64,000 nt of DNA, taken from assembly GCA_965215015.1 (NCBI GenBank), contig OZ244042.1:3104001-3168000 (forward strand), given 5' to 3'. The translations under genes were made by a program, and so were the position numbers. The stretch is from Candidatus Poribacteria bacterium (lineage in GTDB: Bacteria > Poribacteria > WGA-4E > PCPOR2b). A model generated the notes under the pieces. The model had not been told where the DNA came from. It saw nothing but the letters and a program-made list of their open reading frames with translations, and ran no database searches. This document shows, piece after piece, positions 57,275-64,000 of the stretch (the stretch's first letter is position 1; each line of letters opens with the position of its first letter).

Positions 57275-58126
57275 ATGGTATTAGGAAGTGGTGAATATTG
57301 TTACCAAGTCGTTAAGGGTTGGGGACAGGGAGCCGACGGTCGCACCCTAGGCATCGCTTCAGGTATTGCCGTTGATTCGCAGGATAAGGTCTATGTTGTA
57401 GACCGCGAGCCAAACCCAGCCATTGTAGTCTACGACCGAGATGGGCGCTTTCTCTCATCATGGGGCGAGGCCCTCCTCAGTCTGCCTCACGACATTTTTA
57501 TTGACTCAGAAGATCGCCTCTACATCGCCGACTGTGGCGACCACACGGTGCGTATCTGCACCACAGAGGGACAGGTACTAAAAACGCTTGGAACACCCAA
57601 TAAGGCAGGTCCCCCCGGCGAGCCATTCAATATGCCGACTCGCGCTGTCGTTTCCCCATCCGGTGATATTTATGTTTCGGACGGTTACGGTCAGCATCAG
57701 ATACATCAGTTTTCACCCGATGGAACACTGCTAAACACCTGGGGCGAAGAGGGAGCAGCACCGGGGCAGTTCACCCTTCCTCATAATGTTTTTACGGACC
57801 GAGAAGGCAAAGTTTTAATCGCTGACAGAGAACCAAATAATCGCATCCAAATTTTTGACGCGGACGGAAACTTCCTCTCCGAGTGGGGTGGACGCCTTTT
57901 CCCGTGCGGGCTATATCTTGACGCGGATGATACGGTTTACATTGCCGAGGGGGGCGGCGTCAGCATCTTTAACCGAGACGGAAAGCTGCTTACCTGTTGG
58001 AATGTCTTGGGCGGACCAGACGATGTGGCTCACGGTGCCCACGGCATCTGGGTGGACCGGCACGGGGACATATATATCGGCGAAGTCGGCGTTGAAAATC
58101 TGCTGCACAAGTTCGCCCGTGTGTGA
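57275..58126 (+). CDS. NHL-repeat beta-propeller (peptidyl-alpha-hydroxyglycine lyase-like)
   Basis: 'PHDIFIDSEDRLYIAD', 'YVSDGYG', 'GQFTLPH' and 'DREPNNRIQIFD'. Confidence 0.88.
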   Translation: MVLGSGEYCYQVVKGWGQGADGRTLGIASGIAVDSQDKVYVVDREPNPAIVVYDRDGRFLSSWGEALLSLPHDIFIDSEDRLYIADCGDHTVRICTTEGQVLKTLGTPNKAGPPGEPFNMPTRAVVSPSGDIYVSDGYGQHQIHQFSPDGTLLNTWGEEGAAPGQFTLPHNVFTDREGKVLIADREPNNRIQIFDADGNFLSEWGGRLFPCGLYLDADDTVYIAEGGGVSIFNRDGKLLTCWNVLGGPDDVAHGAHGIWVDRHGDIYIGEVGVENLLHKFARV

Positions 58127-58263
58127 GGAAGATAGCCTCCTCCAATAGGAGAGACATTCCAACTGCTAGTCGCCAACGACGATAAGGGCTCCGGGAACTG
58201 AATACGTAAGACGTAATGCACAACGGAAAAATCTTACGTATTACTCGTTACCTACTATCCGTT

Positions 58264-59232
58264 TCATCGATATACCGATTGAATCACCCCCCGAATATAT
58301 CCAACCGCGTATGCCTGACCCGCTCTGCCGGTGTCTGTTTGCGGAAACCCTGGCGTGTGATCCATCATAAAGGGTCCGTTAAAGCCCGCATCTCGATAGA
58401 TCGACATCGCTCGGTGCATATCTATATCGCCTTCATCCAGAAAAACCTCTTGGAAACTGGGCAGGCATCCGCGGACATTACGGAAGTGAACGAAGACAAT
58501 CTTGTTTTTAGTAGCCATCTCCCGGATCGCTTCATACACATTTACCCCCATCTCGGTAACACACCCCTGACAGAATAGCATTCCGTTGGAATCAGATGGG
58601 ACAATATCGAAAATCCGCCGGTACTGGTCGAGCGTTGATACAATCTGTGCTACCCCCGCTAACGGTTCAGGAATCGGTGGATCATCCGGATGTAGTGCCA
58701 TCCGCACCCCAACTTTATCCGCCACCGGAATCACCCCTTCGAGGAAGTATGTCATATGCTCCCACATCTCCTCCTCCGAGACAGGTGGGTCATGTGGTTT
58801 AGGGCGGTTCTGTGAAAACTCATCGTAATCAAAGGTGCTGTACGAAGTGCCCCCTCTGCCTTTGGCGGACGTTGTACGAAAATTTCCCATCGGTTTGAAA
58901 TTGTATCCCAGTGCCGGGATGCCCGCCGCACTGATTCCCCGAAGCATTGTACACCACGCCTCGATTTTCTCATCCCGATCCGGCAATCCTAGCGCAATCT
59001 CATCCCAACCCGCCATAAAAATGCTGTAGAGTTCTAGTCCGTGAGATTCTGTCTTCTCCTTTGCTGCCTCAAAGAAATCTGTTCTGTCCACCCCATCTCG
59101 TAGATCCAGTGAGGGGTCAACGCGGTGCATACCACGAATGTCAAGGCAGAGGCGATCGATTCCAATGGCGTAAAAAAAACTCAGATTTTCATCGTTAAAT
59201 TGTTCCCAACTGAGCAAATCTTGAATGTACAT
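58264..59232 (-). CDS. uxuA: Mannonate dehydratase family
   Basis: 'YNF', 'MALHPDDPP', 'FCQG', 'VHFRNV' and 'DHTP'. Confidence 0.85.
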   Translation of the reverse strand: MYIQDLLSWEQFNDENLSFFYAIGIDRLCLDIRGMHRVDPSLDLRDGVDRTDFFEAAKEKTESHGLELYSIFMAGWDEIALGLPDRDEKIEAWCTMLRGISAAGIPALGYNFKPMGNFRTTSAKGRGGTSYSTFDYDEFSQNRPKPHDPPVSEEEMWEHMTYFLEGVIPVADKVGVRMALHPDDPPIPEPLAGVAQIVSTLDQYRRIFDIVPSDSNGMLFCQGCVTEMGVNVYEAIREMATKNKIVFVHFRNVRGCLPSFQEVFLDEGDIDMHRAMSIYRDAGFNGPFMMDHTPGFPQTDTGRAGQAYAVGYIRGVIQSVYR

Positions 59233-59443
59233 AAAGTCCCCTCCGATGCCCTGTAAATTTCTAATGCGGTTATTATACGCCAATCACCATCTTTCTGCAA
59301 CGGAAATTTCCGCCTGATTAGGGCTATTTAGTTTTCGGTTTTCTCTCTGTCTGAGTCAAGATTCGGAGATCCCTCCCTGTTCCGAGAGTTTTCAACCTAC
59401 AGGAGTAAATGACCCTACCGATCAATAGGGAGACACTTCGCGG

Positions 59444-60565
59444 TTATGGCAGCAATCCTAAAACTCGATCTATCTCCGTCTCCAAGTTATAAAAATGTGG
59501 AGAGAGACGGACGCCAGCCCGCTCTGCCCCGATAACGTTTTCTCGCCTGAGTCGTTCAACCAGATCAGCTGACGTATATCGGTCACTTTCAAACACCACG
59601 ATACCGGAACGTTCGGATTCTTCTGTCGGTGTCAGCAGCCGGTAGTTCTTTGATCGAAGTCCTTCGATAAGGTAATCTGTCAGGTCCAAGATCCGCTGCT
59701 CGATACTCGGAATCCCAACCTCCAGCAGTAGTTCGATAGCTGCACCGAGTCCATACAAGCCGACGCTGTTATACGATCCCTCCTCAAAGCGTGTGGCAGC
59801 CGGTTGGGGCGTGAAGTCATAGTTCAAAAAATCCCTTGGATTGACAACACCTGCCCAACCGACGTTTGTGTTGATCAACTCGTCCTGTCTCTCCTTTGCA
59901 CAGTAGAAGATTGCTGCGCCTTCAGGGGCGAGCAGCCACTTATGACCGTCAGCGGCAAGGATATCAATGTTGCAAGCTTTCACGTCCAAGTCAATTGCCC
60001 CCACACTCTGTATAGCGTCCACCACAAACCAGATTCCTCTTTTTTGGCAGAGGTCACCAATTGCCGCGATGTCGTTCCGGAACCCCGATGCAAACTCAAC
60101 GTGGCTGATGGTTACACATCGTGTCCGTTCGTCAATTGTCGTCTCAATATCCTCAATGTGGATGCGCTTTTTTCGCTCCGGCACCATTCGCGTTGTCACA
60201 CCGAGACGCTTCAGGCTTAGCCACGGATAAACATTTGCAGGAAATTCTACAGCCGTTGTCACGACGTTGTCCCCTTCGTGCCAGTCAATTCCGTTTGCAG
60301 CGATGATGATACCTTGTGAGGTATTCTTCATAAACGCTATCTCGTCAACATTCCCGTTAATCAGTTTGGCTGCATTTGCGCGACACGCTTCAACCGTAGC
60401 CTCCCAACGCCTGGAATTGACCGCACCGTTATTGGTCGCATCGTCCAAAAAACGCCCCATTGCTTGATGGACACACAACGGGAGGGGGGCAACCCCCGCG
60501 TGGTTCAGGTAGGTATATTTCTCTGTCACCGGAAACTGTTTTCGCCATTTGTTCCAATCAATCAC
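59444..60565 (-). CDS. Class V PLP-dependent aminotransferase (cysteine desulfurase/IPN epimerase-like)
   Basis: 'YLNHAG', 'DAIQSVG', 'GHKWLLAPEG' and 'RLSPHFYN'. Confidence 0.92.
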   Translation of the reverse strand: MIDWNKWRKQFPVTEKYTYLNHAGVAPLPLCVHQAMGRFLDDATNNGAVNSRRWEATVEACRANAAKLINGNVDEIAFMKNTSQGIIIAANGIDWHEGDNVVTTAVEFPANVYPWLSLKRLGVTTRMVPERKKRIHIEDIETTIDERTRCVTISHVEFASGFRNDIAAIGDLCQKRGIWFVVDAIQSVGAIDLDVKACNIDILAADGHKWLLAPEGAAIFYCAKERQDELINTNVGWAGVVNPRDFLNYDFTPQPAATRFEEGSYNSVGLYGLGAAIELLLEVGIPSIEQRILDLTDYLIEGLRSKNYRLLTPTEESERSGIVVFESDRYTSADLVERLRRENVIGAERAGVRLSPHFYNLETEIDRVLGLLP

Positions 60566-60647
60566 GGTTTCCTCCTATTCAATCCGCTGGTAGGCAACAC
60601 CCTACAGCATGTGCCTCGACTTTTGTCTAAATCTATATCAGCGATTT

Positions 60648-61145
60648 TCAAACCAGATCGCTATATGATACAGAGATTACATCTTCTTCCTTAATTCCAA
60701 GCGCGGCCTTCACAAGCTGATGTTCCGCTTGTGCCTCACCTTCCGTTTGGTTGCAAATTACTGTCTCTAATTCAACAAACTGACCGATGCCCCTCACCTC
60801 ATCCAGATGGACGCGTGTGTTGCCAAACATCCATAACTCTCGCTGCTTCTCAACAACGGCCTTCACACCCCAAGCCATTGTCGAAATCTGCTTGAAAACC
60901 ATTGGTTCGGGGATATTGCATACCTGATAATTGCTATAACGTGACTCTGCACGATTGGAACGTTCATAGTAGATGAGTTGCGCTTCGTGGGTGTTGATCT
61001 CCCGCAGCTTCAACCTGCCTTGGGGAACGTTAAAATAGGTATCAAGCTGTTTCATTGTGCGGCGATGTTCCGCTTGGAGATTGGTAAGACGCTGACGCAA
61101 CACATCGAGTGAATCGCAATTTGCTTTGAATTCTAGGTTTTTCAA
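60648..61145 (-). CDS. cyaB: CYTH domain / class IV adenylate cyclase
   Basis: ExK 'NLEFKA', 'QLDTYF', 'RLKLRE' and 'HLDEV..FVELE'. Confidence 0.88.
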   Translation of the reverse strand: MKNLEFKANCDSLDVLRQRLTNLQAEHRRTMKQLDTYFNVPQGRLKLREINTHEAQLIYYERSNRAESRYSNYQVCNIPEPMVFKQISTMAWGVKAVVEKQRELWMFGNTRVHLDEVRGIGQFVELETVICNQTEGEAQAEHQLVKAALGIKEEDVISVSYSDLV

Positions 61146-61247
61146 CGTTTTTTAGAAACTCCCTCCTAAAAAAATCGCTTAAAATTACGTGATTTCCATA
61201 GACCGGATTCCGCATTTCGTGGATCCGGTGTCATATTGAAAAATGGC

Positions 61248-61276
61248 TTGACAAAAATGCCGGTAATTTATAAAAT
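61248..61276 (+). promoter_or_regulatory. Sigma70 promoter of tyrA-cmk-plsC
   Basis: TTGACA-17 nt-TAAAAT. Confidence 0.75.
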
Positions 61277-61313
61277 CTCCGAAGCACATTATGGAGAGCG
61301 GGCAGGCGAAAAT

Positions 61314-62201
61314 ATGTTTGCAGACTTTAGTCAGATCAGGAACATTACCATTTTAGGCGTCGGCTTAATCGGTGGATCTCTCGGCTTAGCATTGAAAGCC
61401 AAGGGTTTCCGGGGAGAAATCACTGGGCTCGGCAGACGGATGCAAACCCTCGACATCGCACTTGAACGGGGTGCGGTTGATAAAGCAACCACCGATTTTC
61501 ACGCTGGGATTCATGACGCGGATCTGGTGGTCGTTGGAACCCCGGTTGATCTTATCCCTGAAATGGTGCAGCATATCGCCGAGACCCGGATATCTGACCT
61601 TCGACCTTTATTGATTACCGATGTTGGCAGTATTAAGGGGCAAGTCGTCGAGGAGATTGAAAGCTTCCCGACCGTTCCTGATCTGCATTTTGTCGGATCG
61701 CATCCGATGGCCGGTTCTGAAAAAGCGAGCATCGCAGCGGCACGCGCAGACCTGTTTGATGGTGCAAAATGTATTGTGACCCCAACGAACAATAGTCACC
61801 CGCAGGCGTTGAAACTCGTCACAGACCTTTGGCAATCTGTTGACACACGGGTTTACCACCTCTCCCCGGCTGAACACGATTTGCTCATTGCGGGGGCGAG
61901 TCATCTACCGCATCTCATCGCTTCTATCTTAACAAATACAGTGGGAGAAATCGGCAGCGACACTGCAAAAGTGCTCGATTTCGCTGCAACCGGTTTCCGC
62001 GATACAACGCGCATTGCTGCGGGCTCCCCACAGATTTGGAGAGCAATCTTCATGCAAAATGCCTGCTCGCTGCTGCCGATGATTGACTCGACAATCGAAA
62101 ATCTTGCTGAATTCAAAACCTTACTCGAAAACCAAGACGATATTGAAATTGAACGCCTCTTGGCGCACGCAAAAATGCTAAGGGATACATTGGAGGGATG
62201 A
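61314..62201 (+). CDS. tyrA: Prephenate dehydrogenase
   Basis: 'GVGLIGGS', 'TDVGSIK', 'HPMAGSE', 'SHLPH' and 'GFRDTTRIA'. Confidence 0.93.
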   Translation: MFADFSQIRNITILGVGLIGGSLGLALKAKGFRGEITGLGRRMQTLDIALERGAVDKATTDFHAGIHDADLVVVGTPVDLIPEMVQHIAETRISDLRPLLITDVGSIKGQVVEEIESFPTVPDLHFVGSHPMAGSEKASIAAARADLFDGAKCIVTPTNNSHPQALKLVTDLWQSVDTRVYHLSPAEHDLLIAGASHLPHLIASILTNTVGEIGSDTAKVLDFAATGFRDTTRIAAGSPQIWRAIFMQNACSLLPMIDSTIENLAEFKTLLENQDDIEIERLLAHAKMLRDTLEG

Positions 62202-62863
62202 TGAAGGAACGTCTTACCATTGCAATGGATGGTCCCGCCGGCTCAGGAAAAAGCACAATCGCCCAACGGCTCGCCAAAAAGCTGGACTATCTTTATCTAA
62301 ATTCAGGCTCAATGTATCGTGCGATGACGCTTTTATCCCTCCGAGAAGAGGGGGATTCAACGGATGTGCCTACGTTAATCCAGTTGGCAAAAAACTGCCT
62401 GATTGATTTCTCAAACAATGGAAAAACTACCCTGTTGAATGGGGAAGATGTATCGGATGTCCTTCGCACCCCAGAAATAGACCGTGCCATTGTCAATATC
62501 GCAAAGGTTCCTGAAGTACGGCGCGAAATGGTGAAACAACAGCGTCGGATCGGTAAGAGAGGCGGTATCATCGTTGAGGGACGTGACGTAACGACCGTTG
62601 TGTTCCCGGACGCGGACCTGAAATTTTATATTAACGCCTCCGTCAAAGAGCGCGCAAAACGTCGTTACGCGGAACAAAAAGCAAAGGGCATTGAGACAAC
62701 ATTAGAACAGGTCGAAAAAGAGATTCGTGACCGAGATCAGATGGACGCATCCCGTGAGCATAGTCCGTTGCGAACCGCCAAAGATGCAATTGTCCTAGAT
62801 ACGACCAGCATGACTATCAACCAAGCTGTGGATTTCGTTCTGAATCGAGTGGAGGAATGCTAA
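62198..62863 (+). CDS. cmk: Cytidylate kinase
   Basis: 'DGPAGSGKST', 'SGSMYRA', 'EGRD' and 'RD..D..R..SPL'. Confidence 0.96.
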   Translation: MMKERLTIAMDGPAGSGKSTIAQRLAKKLDYLYLNSGSMYRAMTLLSLREEGDSTDVPTLIQLAKNCLIDFSNNGKTTLLNGEDVSDVLRTPEIDRAIVNIAKVPEVRREMVKQQRRIGKRGGIIVEGRDVTTVVFPDADLKFYINASVKERAKRRYAEQKAKGIETTLEQVEKEIRDRDQMDASREHSPLRTAKDAIVLDTTSMTINQAVDFVLNRVEEC

Positions 62864-63513
62864 TGCGACGGCACAAGTTCGGATTCTGGACAGATCAGCT
62901 CCCATATCGCTGGTCACACCGAATCACTAATTTTGTCTTTGATATTCTCGGCAAACTAGAATCTCACGGTAATGAGAATATTCCACGACATGGTGGTGCC
63001 TTAATCTTATGCAACCATCTGAGCTATTTCGACCCCTTCATCATCGGTTCCGCGGCGAGTCGAGAGTTGCACTTTATGGCAAGGCACGATTCCTTTGATA
63101 TGCCGGTGATAGGCAGGCTGATTGCTGCACATAATGCATACCCGGTACGACGGGGCACGGCAGATCGCGCTGCACTTCGACATACCATCTCCCTTTTGAA
63201 ATCAGGAAAAGTAGTCCTCATCTTTCCCGAAGGTACACGCAGTGTCGATGGTACGTTGGGCAAACCCCGTGGGGGTGTTAGTTTCATCGCTCATAACGCG
63301 GCTGTTCCCGCCATCCCCGCTTACCTTAGGGGAACGATATTACCCCGCAATGCGAAATGGATTCATCCTGCCCAACTTACCGTCACCTTTGGTCCCCCTA
63401 TTGATTTCACAGAAGTTCGGCAAATCGAGGATAAACGCGAGCTATATCGGCAGATGGGTGAGCAGATTATGCAGGAAATCGCCAATCTACGGGACAGACA
63501 AACCCACAACTGA
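62857..63513 (+). CDS. plsC: 1-acyl-sn-glycerol-3-phosphate acyltransferase
   Basis: NHxSxxD and 'IFPEGTRS'. Confidence 0.92.
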   Translation: MLMRRHKFGFWTDQLPYRWSHRITNFVFDILGKLESHGNENIPRHGGALILCNHLSYFDPFIIGSAASRELHFMARHDSFDMPVIGRLIAAHNAYPVRRGTADRAALRHTISLLKSGKVVLIFPEGTRSVDGTLGKPRGGVSFIAHNAAVPAIPAYLRGTILPRNAKWIHPAQLTVTFGPPIDFTEVRQIEDKRELYRQMGEQIMQEIANLRDRQTHN

Positions 63514-63572
63514 AAGCATTCGTCACTCACCACCGACCACAAAGAAGATCGTCGTTAATTCCATTTCACATT

Positions 63573-64000
63573 TTAGAACAGGACTTCCGCGATGTCATGC
63601 AAACCCTTCGGTGCCCCCATCACCCACCGTGCCGCACGAATCGCTCCCCGCGCAAGTGGTTCACGGTTTTGACCGCGATGTGTTATTTCAAGGCGATCAC
63701 CCGTACCGACAAATAAGACCGTGTGATCGCCGGCAAGGTCTCCCCCTCGGATGGCATGGATGCCAATCTCCTTCTTGGGGCGGGCTCCAACAATGCCGTG
63801 CCTGCCATACACGCCGACTTCTGGCAGATTTCTTCCTAGTGTTTGAGCGAGGACCTCAGCCAGCCGTAGGGCAGTCCCACTCGGCGAGTCGACTTTTTGA
63901 TTATGGTGTGCTTCAATGACCTCAACGTCGTAGTCATCCCCAAGTACATTTGCAACGAGTTGAATCGCTTGCAACATGACATTGATGCCGACGCTCATGT
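63573..64000 (-). CDS. dapB: 4-hydroxy-tetrahydrodipicolinate reductase (5'-partial)
   Basis: 'EAHHNQKVDSPSGTA', 'IRGGD..GDHTV' and 'ARGAIRAA'. Confidence 0.95.
   Translation of the reverse strand, partial: MSVGINVMLQAIQLVANVLGDDYDVEVIEAHHNQKVDSPSGTALRLAEVLAQTLGRNLPEVGVYGRHGIVGARPKKEIGIHAIRGGDLAGDHTVLFVGTGDRLEITHRGQNREPLARGAIRAARWVMGAPKGLHDIAEVLF

Noticed and set aside
63242-63919. 225-aa plus-strand ORF
   Set aside because: It overlaps plsC out of frame and dapB antisense, and has no motifs.

Overview
Gene-dense bacterial chromosomal window with about 50 CDS and no rRNA, tRNA, CRISPR array or intact transposase that I could see. Gene content (three PhyH dioxygenases, NHL and TPR proteins, many sugar-acid and oxidoreductase enzymes, a long secretin) and intergenic DNA crowded with repeats suggest Candidatus Poribacteria or a similar lineage; this is inference only. 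Bases 1-10.7 kb hold a type II secretion/T4P-like operon (GspJ, GspK with four HhH-like repeats, PilM-PilN fusion, GspM-like protein with an HhH insert, GspD with six N-domains). It is interrupted by a restriction-modification pair: an intact methyltransferase, then a MITE with a target-site duplication, then a nuclease broken by two lesions. The rest is housekeeping genes (uvrC, thiO, tyrA-cmk-plsC, partial dapB), catabolic clusters, a halogenase-like gene and pseudogenes. At least three MITE families occur, one nested in another, along with REP-like palindromes, one apparently inserted in frame in a gene.
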